This document shows positions 28,185-37,411 of a stretch of 64,000 nucleotides of DNA, one piece after another. Numbering within the stretch: the stretch's first letter is position 1; every line of letters begins with the position of its first letter. Both the position numbers and the translations under genes were made by a program. The DNA is from Dehalococcoidia bacterium (GTDB lineage: Bacteria > Chloroflexota > Dehalococcoidia > Lucifugimonadales > UBA1123): assembly GCA_965207355.1 (NCBI GenBank), contig OZ242284.1, forward strand, positions 2,339,708 through 2,403,707. Reading direction: 5' to 3'. The notes under the pieces were generated by a model. That model was not told where the DNA came from and searched no databases. It was given only the letters and a program-made list of their open reading frames with translations.

Positions 28185-29627
28185 ATGACAACGGCGACGG
28201 CAGACCTGCAATTGATGGCACACCTGATGAGGCGCGCCGGGTTCGGCGCGAACCGGAGTCAGCTGGAAGCGTATGCTGAAAAAGGCTACGACGAAACGGT
28301 GAGCGAGCTTCTGAATCCCGACTCTCGCAGCGAGATGGGCGACGACCTGATACGACGCTATCACCACGAGCAGTCCGGCATGATGGGACAGATCAGCCCA
28401 GGCACCTACTGGCTGTACAAGATGACAACGTCTTCCGACGCGCTGCAAGAGAAGATGTCGCTCTTCTGGCACGGGATCTTCGCCACCGGCTACCCCAAGA
28501 TTACGAACGGCAAGGTGCTGAGCGACCAGATCAGGATGTTCCGGCGTTACGGCATGGGGAGTTTCAGGACGCTCCTGCTGGAGCTTGCGAGAGACCCGTC
28601 CATGATCGTGTGGCTTGACAACCACGACAATCACAAGGGCGCGATTAACGAGAACTTCGGCAGGGAACTGCTGGAACTGTTCTCGATGGGCGTGGGCAAC
28701 TACTCCGAAGATGACATCAAGGAGGCGTCGCGCGCGTTCACCGGATGGACGATAGGCAACCGGGAGTACATGGCTCTTCGGGCGGAGCGCGACTCGATCT
28801 GGCCCTATGGACGCATATCCTGGCACTTCGAGTTCGACGAGAACGACCATGACGATGGCGAGAAGGAGTTCCTGGGACAGCGCGGTAACTTCGACGGCGA
28901 GGAGATCGTTGACATAATCTGCCGCCAGCCCGCTACGGCGGCGTTCATCGCGCGGCATATGTACCACTTCTTCGTCGCTGACGAGCCACCCGTGCCGCAG
29001 TGGCCCTACGTAGAGCCGCAGGACCCGGAGGCCATCGAGATACTCTCGAAGGCGTACTTCGAGAGCGACTACGACATCGGCCACATGCTTCACGTGCTGT
29101 TCACGTCCGACTTCTTCAAGTCGCAGGACTCCTGGTACGCTCGCGTCAAGAGCCCAGCCGAGATCGTTACCGGCGTGCTCCGGCTCACCGGCGAGTTCCA
29201 CAGGCCGAAGCGCCAGATCGTCGAGCGTCAGCAGCAGATGACCTGGATGGGACAGTACCTGATCAATCCGCCCTCGGTGGAGGGCTGGCACGAGGGCCTA
29301 GAGTGGATCGACACGGGCACGTTCGTAGAGAGGCTGAACTTTGCTTCCAGTCAACTCGGCAACACCGACCATCCCGGGGTCAGGTCAATCATAGAGCGCG
29401 TCGCCACGAACGGCGGCTCGTCCGTCGGGCCCGCGGATCTGGTTGACCGCTGCCTGGACGAAATAGGGATGATTGCGGTGTCGGACGACACGCGGGCTTC
29501 GCTGGTGGACTACGTGGCGAGCGGCGGAGAACTGGTCGCGGGCCCCGAACTGAGTGCCGAGAACCGGGAGAGGGTGGCGGAGCTTCTGCAGATGATAGCC
29601 GCCACGCACGAATTCCAGAGGGCATAG
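28185..29627 (+). CDS. DUF1800 domain protein
   Basis: LMRRAGFGA, LFWHGIFAT, and WLDN..N.KGAINENFGRELLELFSMGVGNYSEDDIKEASRAFTGWT. GGGAGG RBS. Confidence 0.7.
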   Translation: MTTATADLQLMAHLMRRAGFGANRSQLEAYAEKGYDETVSELLNPDSRSEMGDDLIRRYHHEQSGMMGQISPGTYWLYKMTTSSDALQEKMSLFWHGIFATGYPKITNGKVLSDQIRMFRRYGMGSFRTLLLELARDPSMIVWLDNHDNHKGAINENFGRELLELFSMGVGNYSEDDIKEASRAFTGWTIGNREYMALRAERDSIWPYGRISWHFEFDENDHDDGEKEFLGQRGNFDGEEIVDIICRQPATAAFIARHMYHFFVADEPPVPQWPYVEPQDPEAIEILSKAYFESDYDIGHMLHVLFTSDFFKSQDSWYARVKSPAEIVTGVLRLTGEFHRPKRQIVERQQQMTWMGQYLINPPSVEGWHEGLEWIDTGTFVERLNFASSQLGNTDHPGVRSIIERVATNGGSSVGPADLVDRCLDEIGMIAVSDDTRASLVDYVASGGELVAGPELSAENRERVAELLQMIAATHEFQRA

Positions 29628-29637
29628 GAGAAATCCA

Positions 29638-30666
29638 ATGACGACAGCAGAAGTCGGATCAGCCGGGAGGCTTACGTACAGCCATACCATAGGACTTTCG
29701 ACTATGGAGGGTCGCGGGTTCTACTATCCTGTGGACACGCTGGTCGGCAGAGACGGCAAGCTCTACACGATCAGCCGCTCGCTGGAAGGGGACACTCGCG
29801 GCGTGCGGGTGACCATCTACGACATAGACAGCGAGTATTACGGCACATTCGCGTCCTTCGGCGAGGAGCCGGGACACTTCATCTGGCCGGTCGCCATCAC
29901 GCAGGACAGCCAGGAAAACATCTACATAAGCGACGAAGACCTTAACGTGATCAACGTGTTCGACACCGAGGGCAACCTGTTGAGGCACTGGGGTGAGACG
30001 GGCAGCGCACCTGGCAAGTTCGACGGGCCCGCCGGTCTGGCGCTGGACAGCGAAGACAGGCTCTACGTCGCAGACCAGCACAATCACCGGATACAGGTGT
30101 TCACAAGTGGGGGCGCATTCGTTTCTTCGTTTGGGTCGCACGGAGAGGGTGAAGGAGAATTCGAGCTTCCCTGGGGACTGACGGTCGGGCCGGACAGCCA
30201 CCTGTATGTCGCGGACTGGGGAAACGACCGGGTTCAGAAGATTACCCTGGGTGGCGAGTTCGTATGCTCGTTCGGAAGCAGCGGACGGGGCGAAGCCGAG
30301 CTTTACAGGCCGTCGGCGGTCGCGGTTGACGAAGCAGGGATGGTCTATGTCGCGGACTGGGGAAACGAGCGCATCGTGATATTTGATGCGGACGGCGACC
30401 ATGTCCAGACCCTGCGCGGTGAGGCGACGGACTCCAAGTGGGCTGAGGCATTCCTGTCCATCAACGTCGAAGAGGCGGGGGCAAGGTCGCGGGCCAACAT
30501 GGAACCGGAGATCGAGTTCTTCAACGACGACCCACACGAAGTATCGTCGCACATAGAGAAGTATTTCTGGGCGCCGACCTCGGTCAAGCTGGACTCAGAG
30601 GGACGGATGTACGTGACTGAGAGCAATCGTCACCGCGTACAGATTTACAGCAGAAGCGACGACTAG
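29638..30666 (+). CDS. NHL-repeat beta-propeller protein
   Basis: Repeated NHL units (LYVADQHNHRIQVF, LYVADWGNDRVQKI, VYVADWGNERIVIF, MYVTESNRHRVQIY). AGGAGA RBS. Confidence 0.75.
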   Translation: MTTAEVGSAGRLTYSHTIGLSTMEGRGFYYPVDTLVGRDGKLYTISRSLEGDTRGVRVTIYDIDSEYYGTFASFGEEPGHFIWPVAITQDSQENIYISDEDLNVINVFDTEGNLLRHWGETGSAPGKFDGPAGLALDSEDRLYVADQHNHRIQVFTSGGAFVSSFGSHGEGEGEFELPWGLTVGPDSHLYVADWGNDRVQKITLGGEFVCSFGSSGRGEAELYRPSAVAVDEAGMVYVADWGNERIVIFDADGDHVQTLRGEATDSKWAEAFLSINVEEAGARSRANMEPEIEFFNDDPHEVSSHIEKYFWAPTSVKLDSEGRMYVTESNRHRVQIYSRSDD

Positions 30667-30721
30667 ACGACTAGATGGTACAATACCCCTGAAAACTAAA
30701 AACAAATCAAGGAGAGGCGCC

Positions 30722-31855
30722 ATGGGAGCGAACGGCAACGGGAACAAGAACGTGGTGGTCTTGCAGCTCAGCGGCGGCAACGACGCGCTGAACACTGTGA
30801 TTCCCTACGCGGACCAGAACTACTACGACAACCGCCAGTATCTCGGCATACCCGAGAACGAAGTCCTGCACCTGGACGATAAGCTGGGCCTGAATCCTGC
30901 CATGGGGCCGATCAAGTCTCTGTGGGACGAGGGCAAGGTGGCCGTCATAAACGGCATCGGCTACCCCAGTCCGAACAGGTCGCACTTCCGCTCGATGGAT
31001 GTGTGGCACACCGCGGAGCCGAACGACATTGCCCCCGAAGGCTGGCTCGGACAGGCGGTGCGCGACCTCGATCCGAAGGGCGAGAACGTCGTTACCGGCG
31101 TCAACTTCGGACGCGGCCTGCCCCGCGCCATGTACGCCAAGGACGTGCCGGTCGCATCGGTCGGCAACCTGGACACCTACGGCCTGATGCCGGACATCAA
31201 GGACGAGCGCGCCCGCGCAATCGCCCTGGAAGCCTTTTCGCAGATATACGGTGGATCAGGCAAGGACACGATCTCGCAGTTCATCAGCCAAGTTGGTATG
31301 GACGCGCTCAAGGGCGCGGACATTCTGAGGACGGCCCCCGCGGCGTACTCGTCCAGCATCGAGTACGCTGACAATCCCATCGCCGAGAACATGAAGAACA
31401 TAGCCCAGGTCATGTTCGCCGACGTGGGCACGCGCATCTTCTACACCCAGCACGGCAGCTTCGACACCCACGCGAACGAGCTTGCCTCACACGCCAAGCT
31501 GTGGAACGAAGTCTCCAGCGCGGTCGCGGACTTCATGGATGACCTGAAGGAGCACGGTAAGGACAAGGACACCGTGGTGCTGATGTTCTCCGAGTTCGGC
31601 AGGCGCATCAGGGACAACGGCGCGGGCACAGACCACGGATCGGGTGGAGTAGCGTTCGTGATTGGCGGCGACGTGAACGGCGGCTTGTATGGCGACTTCC
31701 CGTCCCTGCGGGACGAGGACCAGCTGGAAGGCGATATGCACTTCAACAACGACTTCCGCCTCACCTATTCGACCATACTGGACCGCTGGCTTGGCCTGGA
31801 CCCCGTGTCCATAACCAACGGCAACTTCGAGCAGTTCGACTTCGTTTCGAAGTAG
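30722..31855 (+). CDS. DUF1501 domain protein (alkaline phosphatase/sulfatase superfamily)
   Basis: LSGGNDALNTVIPY, SEFGRR, GTDHG. No Tat or Sec leader is visible. Confidence 0.75.
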   Translation: MGANGNGNKNVVVLQLSGGNDALNTVIPYADQNYYDNRQYLGIPENEVLHLDDKLGLNPAMGPIKSLWDEGKVAVINGIGYPSPNRSHFRSMDVWHTAEPNDIAPEGWLGQAVRDLDPKGENVVTGVNFGRGLPRAMYAKDVPVASVGNLDTYGLMPDIKDERARAIALEAFSQIYGGSGKDTISQFISQVGMDALKGADILRTAPAAYSSSIEYADNPIAENMKNIAQVMFADVGTRIFYTQHGSFDTHANELASHAKLWNEVSSAVADFMDDLKEHGKDKDTVVLMFSEFGRRIRDNGAGTDHGSGGVAFVIGGDVNGGLYGDFPSLRDEDQLEGDMHFNNDFRLTYSTILDRWLGLDPVSITNGNFEQFDFVSK

Positions 31856-31885
31856 GTCAGCAAGCGACAGAAGTTGAAAGCAGCA

Positions 31886-31930
31886 GGACGCCACACCCCG
31901 GTAAGGGTGTGGCGTCCGTGTTCTTGTATT
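31886..31930. terminator. Bidirectional intrinsic terminator
   Basis: GGACGCCACACCC-CGGTAA-GGGTGTGGCGTCC is a perfect 13-bp stem. It is followed by GTGTTCTTGTATT on the plus strand and preceded by an A-rich run. It lies between the convergent DUF1501 and MpaB-like genes. Confidence 0.75.
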
Positions 31931-31942
31931 GCCCCTACGGGC

Positions 31943-33145
31943 TCACCACCTGCTCGATCTCTCGGCATAGATGTGATCCGGCAGCCTGTAGGTAATGCCC
32001 GCCTCGTCGAACAGCGAGGCTTCGAGCAGCGTGGTGAAGTGTTTGAAGTTCTCGTCCTGCATATGGTGGGGCAGTATCCTGTTCAGAAGTTTGGAGAAGC
32101 GAGACTGCATCCTGAACCAGGACAGCACCCCGAATGACGAACTCCTGGGGTACATTAGCTCATCAGCCAGTTCGTCTCCTATCAGTGCGCGTGAGACCTT
32201 GTAAACATACCCGGATAGGTTGCTGCGTTCTTCAGAATCCTCTATCCCTATGACCAGCGGGGCGGAGTTGACGAGCGAATTGGCCATTGCGACCGATTCC
32301 AACGAGGGAGAAGGCTCGCACATACCGCCGATTTCGAATATCCTCAGCGCGTGCTCCTCGTTCCGGTACAGGATGGTCTCAGGGATACCCATAAGGTAGC
32401 CGGAATAGCGCCAGACCTGGATGAAGCTTTCGCGCTCCTCGTCGTTGAACACCGCTCCCAGGCTCTGCAGGTGTTTGACCAGCCTCGCCGAGAATGCGGA
32501 GATAGCGAATCCCATATGGGCAGAACTTAACGGCGTTCCCCAAGATTCCGTATTCCAGTCGGGAGAATTGTTCAGCAGGTGTCTTACTTGGGCGTGGATC
32601 AGCCGGATCCTTACAGACAGCTTCCATCCGTCTCCGTCCCTCTCCAAGCCGCCCGGCATGAATATCTCGACCATGTGGCGGTTGTTCTGCTTTAGTCTTC
32701 TGACTCCCTGATCTCTCAGTCGCCCCGTAATATAGAACGACCTGCCTATGTTCGTGGAAAAACCCTCTATCAGGACGCCGCCCACGAACGCCCCGAGAAC
32801 CAACTGCGAGTTCCTGTGAAACATTCGGATTCCCGGGAAGTACGCCGAATAGTCAACCCAGTCGGGCGGGTCTTGCATTCCCTTGAAGAAGTCGCGTATG
32901 TATGAGGGAGCGTCCCGCAGGGCTTCCTCATCGCTGTTCATTCCGGCCCGGATGAGACGCCTGGATTCTTCCTGGCCCAACGGCGCGAGACGCTCGACCA
33001 CATAATCGGCCTCGGGGTCACCGATAGTAGTGTGCGCCACATAGCTGGACGCCGTCTCAGGATCGAGCGAGCGCGCAGCTTCGTAGCCCTCGATGTAGTC
33101 TGATGGTATCTTCATTGTCGCAGACCTGCGATTTAACCGTTTCAC
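31943..33145 (-). CDS. DUF2236 / MpaB-family oxygenase-like protein
   Basis: About 400 aa and helical. RLKQNNRHM...VRIRLIHAQVRHLL resembles the DUF2236 core. Starts 6 nt after the MMPL gene stop. Confidence 0.5.
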   Translation of the reverse strand: MKRLNRRSATMKIPSDYIEGYEAARSLDPETASSYVAHTTIGDPEADYVVERLAPLGQEESRRLIRAGMNSDEEALRDAPSYIRDFFKGMQDPPDWVDYSAYFPGIRMFHRNSQLVLGAFVGGVLIEGFSTNIGRSFYITGRLRDQGVRRLKQNNRHMVEIFMPGGLERDGDGWKLSVRIRLIHAQVRHLLNNSPDWNTESWGTPLSSAHMGFAISAFSARLVKHLQSLGAVFNDEERESFIQVWRYSGYLMGIPETILYRNEEHALRIFEIGGMCEPSPSLESVAMANSLVNSAPLVIGIEDSEERSNLSGYVYKVSRALIGDELADELMYPRSSSFGVLSWFRMQSRFSKLLNRILPHHMQDENFKHFTTLLEASLFDEAGITYRLPDHIYAERSSRW

Positions 33146-33151
33146 GCTGTG

Positions 33152-35344
33152 TTACAAAGCTTCATCCTCGACCGGCTCAACTCTCAGGTCGGGCATCCAT
33201 GCCAGCCATGACGGCAGATACCAGTTCCCCCTGCCCAGCACCTCCATACTGGCCGGAACCAGAACTGAGCGAACCAGCGTCGCATCCAGAAGCACGGCTA
33301 CCGCCAGTCCGAACCCGACCTGCTGATTGATGATCGTCTTACCCGACGCGAACGCTCCGAACACCGCCACCATTATCAGCGCCGCGCCCGTGATCAAGCC
33401 GGCTGTTGAGCGGAGTCCGTAGGCAACCGCCTCCTCGTTGTTTCCGGTCTGGTCGTATCGTTCGCGTATTCGGCTCAACAGGAACACATGGTAGTCCATC
33501 GAAAGGCCGAAGAGAACGGTGAACAGGAACAGCGGTATCCAGGCGTCAATCACCTCCGCGTGCTGGAATCCTAGCAAGTCAGTGCCTATCCCCTTCTGGA
33601 ACACCAGCACCATCAGCCCATAAGCGGTCCCTACTGAGAGTAGGTTCATGATCACCGCCTTGATCGGTATGACGATGGAGCGGAAGACGAGCAGCAGCAC
33701 GATGAAGCTGAAGCCAAGCACAAAGGCGAAGACAAAGGGCGTGTATGTGTCAACTACGTCGAATACATCCGCGGCGAGCGCCGTTATGCCGCCTACTACC
33801 ACCTCCGCCTGAACTCCGTCGAACGCGGCTGGAATGTACCGTTCGCGTATGTCGGTAACCGCCTCGACGTTCGCCCTGCTGCGGGACTCCCCGGGTATCG
33901 GAAGCGTAAGCAGCGCCAGATCGCCGGATGGAATGGGGACCAGAGTAGGTGGTATTGGGAATCTCGGATCGGCAGCCAGCGATTCCTGCAACTTCGTAAT
34001 CGCGCCCTGCACCTGTGGATCGTTGATGTTAGCGTCAATCACTATCTCAGTCGGATTGACCAGACCGAACGAGAACTTCTCCTCCAGGACGAAGAAGGCT
34101 TCTTTTGTCTGGGCGCCCTCCGGGAATGTATCAACTCCGTTCAGTCCGGTCTCGATCTGGAAGTAGAAGGAAGTAATCACCAGCATAGGAATGCCGATCA
34201 CGAGGATGCTGATCACCGGGTAGTTGGTTACTACACGTGTCGTCTTCTCCCAGAATCCATGCTTGGATACCTCGGTATCCTCGACCTTGGTCCTCCCTAC
34301 GAACGGTATCCTCAGCCGATTCACTCCCCTGCCGAGCAGCGCGAGCACGGCTGGCAAAAGTGTCAGCGTCGCCGCAAGCGCGATGATGACCACCAGAATC
34401 GCCCCCAGAGCCAGCGACTGGAAGAAGGACGCCGGAACAATGAACATCCCGCACAGCGCGATAACGACCGTTACACCGCTGAAGAGTACCGTCCTGCCTG
34501 CCGCGTCGCCCGCTCGCTCCACCGCCTCCAGCTTGTCCAACCCCTTGTCCATCTCCTCCCTGAAGCGAGATACGATCAGCAGCGAATAGTCAATGCCTAC
34601 CGCCAGGCCGATCATCGTAATCATCATCGTCACGAAGAAAACCAGCTCAAACGCCTGGCCGATGACAGCCGCCAGGCCCAAGGCTACGATAATGGCGAAG
34701 ACGGCCAGCCCTATCGGTAGCAGCGCGGCTATTACGGTGCCGAACAACACGAGCAGGATGAGCAGTGCCACGGGAACGCCGAAACGCTCTCCCTGTTCGA
34801 GGTCATGCCTGCTGAGCTCGTTGGTCTCGAAGGATATGCTCGCAGTCCCTCCGACAAGAACGCGAAAGTCGTCCGCCGCGTCCGCTTCCTTGACCACATC
34901 TATGACGTGTTCGACATTTACGGCGGCCTCATCGAAAGCGCCCGCCAGCACGACCTCCATAATGGTCGTCTGACGGTCGGCGGATACGAGGGCTTCGTCT
35001 CCTTCCTGGTAATAGTTCCGTCCAAAGACTACGTTCTCACTGCCAAGCCCCATGATCTCATGGAATACCGACTCGACTTTCGTCTGAAATTCGGCATCGT
35101 CCACTGTCAGCGTGTCCGACTGGACTATGACTATCTCAATCAGCGGCTCTGGGCCTCGGAGTCTGTCCTCCAGCAGTTTGGAAGCCCTCGCCGACTCGGC
35201 GCTCCCGGACAGAACCAGTTCCGTGGTGATGGCGCTTGCGAACAGACTTCGTATGAGTATGGAGGCGACTATCACAAGCGCCACCCATACGGCTATTGTT
35301 ATCCACGGTCTTCGACCGCTGACACGGGCCAGAAATCCGGTCAT
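33152..35344 (-). CDS. MMPL family (RND superfamily) transporter
   Basis: 730 aa with two 6-TM bundles, each preceded by a large soluble loop. DYSLLIVSRFREE and DYHVFLLSRIRE motifs. Confidence 0.8.
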   Translation of the reverse strand: MTGFLARVSGRRPWITIAVWVALVIVASILIRSLFASAITTELVLSGSAESARASKLLEDRLRGPEPLIEIVIVQSDTLTVDDAEFQTKVESVFHEIMGLGSENVVFGRNYYQEGDEALVSADRQTTIMEVVLAGAFDEAAVNVEHVIDVVKEADAADDFRVLVGGTASISFETNELSRHDLEQGERFGVPVALLILLVLFGTVIAALLPIGLAVFAIIVALGLAAVIGQAFELVFFVTMMITMIGLAVGIDYSLLIVSRFREEMDKGLDKLEAVERAGDAAGRTVLFSGVTVVIALCGMFIVPASFFQSLALGAILVVIIALAATLTLLPAVLALLGRGVNRLRIPFVGRTKVEDTEVSKHGFWEKTTRVVTNYPVISILVIGIPMLVITSFYFQIETGLNGVDTFPEGAQTKEAFFVLEEKFSFGLVNPTEIVIDANINDPQVQGAITKLQESLAADPRFPIPPTLVPIPSGDLALLTLPIPGESRSRANVEAVTDIRERYIPAAFDGVQAEVVVGGITALAADVFDVVDTYTPFVFAFVLGFSFIVLLLVFRSIVIPIKAVIMNLLSVGTAYGLMVLVFQKGIGTDLLGFQHAEVIDAWIPLFLFTVLFGLSMDYHVFLLSRIRERYDQTGNNEEAVAYGLRSTAGLITGAALIMVAVFGAFASGKTIINQQVGFGLAVAVLLDATLVRSVLVPASMEVLGRGNWYLPSWLAWMPDLRVEPVEDEAL

Positions 35345-35562
35345 GACTGGACTCCCCTATTTTCCACATAGACATCTACGATATATAACTACAATCTATC
35401 ATACACTCTGAGGACAGATTAGTATGCTCCTAACCTACTTACCGATGATTCTGTCGTATTGGAAGATATCGTGGATCCCGGTACGTTTGCGTGGATACGG
35501 GAGATGGCGTACTCTACGCTCTGATGTGCTTGGACTCACTTGGTCAAAGAAAGGAATCTGAT

Positions 35563-36762
35563 ATGGACAAGGCGCTGGATGGAGTGAGAATCATAGACCT
35601 GACCCAGTTCGAGGCCGGCACGTCCTGCACCCAGATGCTAGCATGGCTGGGCGCGGACGTCATAAAAGTCGAGCAGCCGAACGTTGGAGATCCCGGACGC
35701 GGCGTCGCAGGCGGTGAAGGGGACTCCCCCTACTTCATTCACTACAACTCGAACAAGCGCAGCGTCACGCTCAACCTCAAGTCCGAGAAGGGCAAGGAGA
35801 TGTTCTTCGAGATGGTCAGGCAGGGGGACATAGTTTCAGAAAACCTCGCCCCGGGCACCCTGGAGCGGCTTGGACTCGGCTACGATGTCCTGGCAGAGGT
35901 CAACCCTGGCATAATCCTGGCTCGCGTGAAGGGATTCGGCACCTACGGCCCGTACAGCCGGTACAAGAGCTTCGATCCGGTAGCGCAGGCGGCGGGCGGC
36001 GGTTTCTGCGCCACGGGCGAGCCGGATGGGCCACCCATGAGACCGGGCACCACGTCCGGCGACTCCGCGACGGGAATGCACGCCGCAATTGGGATACTGG
36101 CCGCTCTGTGGCAGCGTGAACGCACCGGCAGGGGCCAGGTCATCGAAGTCTCGATGCAGGACGCGATAGTCAACCTGAGTCGCACATGGATGGCGCGCGC
36201 GGAACAGGGTCGCGTCTCACCTGAGCGCACGGGCAACAGCCTGCGCGCCAGCCCGGGAGTGGGAACGTTCCACTGCGCCCCCGACGGCCCGGACGACTAC
36301 GTGTACATGATCGCATCTCCCGCGCGTAAGCCGATGTGGAAGGCCCTTGTCGAAGCAATTGGACACGATGAGCTATTCGACGACCCGCGCCTCGACGACC
36401 CCGACCAGGCTATCGAAGTAACCGCCGAGATCAACGGACTGATTGACGCCTGGACGAGTCAGCGCACCAAGTTTGAGGTGATGAAGATCCTCGGCGAGAA
36501 GGGGATCCCGTGCAGCGCGTGCTTCAACGCCGTTGACCTCTACGCCGACGAACATCTCAGACAGCGCGAGATGATAGTAACCGTGGATCACCCGGACAGG
36601 GGCGAATTCACCCTGCCGGGCTGCCCCGTCAAGATGTCCGACTCGCCCGTGGACTTCCGCGCGGCGCCACTATTGGGCCAGCACAACGCGGAGGTGTTCG
36701 CCGAGTTCTTCGAGACGGATGCAAATGAACTGAATGCGCTGAAGACGGCGAAGGTCATTTAG
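35563..36762 (+). CDS. Family III (CaiB/BaiF) CoA-transferase
   Basis: LDGVRIIDLTQFEAGTSCTQMLAWLGADVIKVE. ATG 35563 has an AAAGGAA RBS. The ORF-track start at 35491 is an upstream extension. Confidence 0.85.
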   Translation: MDKALDGVRIIDLTQFEAGTSCTQMLAWLGADVIKVEQPNVGDPGRGVAGGEGDSPYFIHYNSNKRSVTLNLKSEKGKEMFFEMVRQGDIVSENLAPGTLERLGLGYDVLAEVNPGIILARVKGFGTYGPYSRYKSFDPVAQAAGGGFCATGEPDGPPMRPGTTSGDSATGMHAAIGILAALWQRERTGRGQVIEVSMQDAIVNLSRTWMARAEQGRVSPERTGNSLRASPGVGTFHCAPDGPDDYVYMIASPARKPMWKALVEAIGHDELFDDPRLDDPDQAIEVTAEINGLIDAWTSQRTKFEVMKILGEKGIPCSACFNAVDLYADEHLRQREMIVTVDHPDRGEFTLPGCPVKMSDSPVDFRAAPLLGQHNAEVFAEFFETDANELNALKTAKVI

Positions 36763-36763
36763 C

Positions 36764-37411
36764 TTGAACACCGTAACCGCGAACTATAAGGCCCTCGTAC
36801 AGAGCGGCTATGATCAGTGCGCGCTTGCCTACCACGAATCCCGCAGGTCAGAGGCCGGGCATGAGCTTGACGCACTTCTGGATGTTCTGGAAGATGGCGC
36901 GGCGGTACTCGACATCGGATGCGGAGCGGGCGTGCCTGTGGCAAGGACTCTGTCGGAGCGATTCAGAGTAACGGGTGTGGACATTTCGGCCAGCATGATT
37001 AGCCTTGCGAGGGCGAATGTCCCGACGGGAACTTTCATTCACTCGGATGTCATATCTGTCGAATTCGCGCCTTCGTCCTTCGATGCGGTCACCGCCTTCT
37101 ATTCGATCTTCCATTTGCCCAGAAACGAGCACAAAGCTCTGTTCAGCCGCATTCACGAATGGCTGGAATCGGGTGGCTACCTGCTATGCCTTCTACCACG
37201 CTACGATGAGGAAACATACTTGGATGAATTCTTCGGCTCGACGATGTATTGGAGCAGTTACGCTGAAGAAGACTATACAAGTCATCTGATGGAAATCGGT
37301 TTCGATATCTTGGATTTGTCAGTTGTCGGGAGCGGCTTCGACGAATCGGTTGGAGCGGAGCCGGAGAGTCATCCGGTTGTACTGGCGCAGAAGCGAAAGG
37401 CCGGCCAATGA
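36764..37411 (+). CDS. Class I SAM-dependent methyltransferase
   Basis: Motif I VLDIGCGAGVP. The TTG start is 1 nt after the CoA-transferase stop. Confidence 0.8.
   Translation: MNTVTANYKALVQSGYDQCALAYHESRRSEAGHELDALLDVLEDGAAVLDIGCGAGVPVARTLSERFRVTGVDISASMISLARANVPTGTFIHSDVISVEFAPSSFDAVTAFYSIFHLPRNEHKALFSRIHEWLESGGYLLCLLPRYDEETYLDEFFGSTMYWSSYAEEDYTSHLMEIGFDILDLSVVGSGFDESVGAEPESHPVVLAQKRKAGQ

Noticed and set aside
28158-29291. 377-aa minus-strand ORF antisense to the DUF1800 gene
   Set aside because: It has an Arg/His/Leu/Pro-rich, motif-free composition typical of the antisense frame of a GC-rich gene. The plus-strand product has clear DUF1800 motifs.
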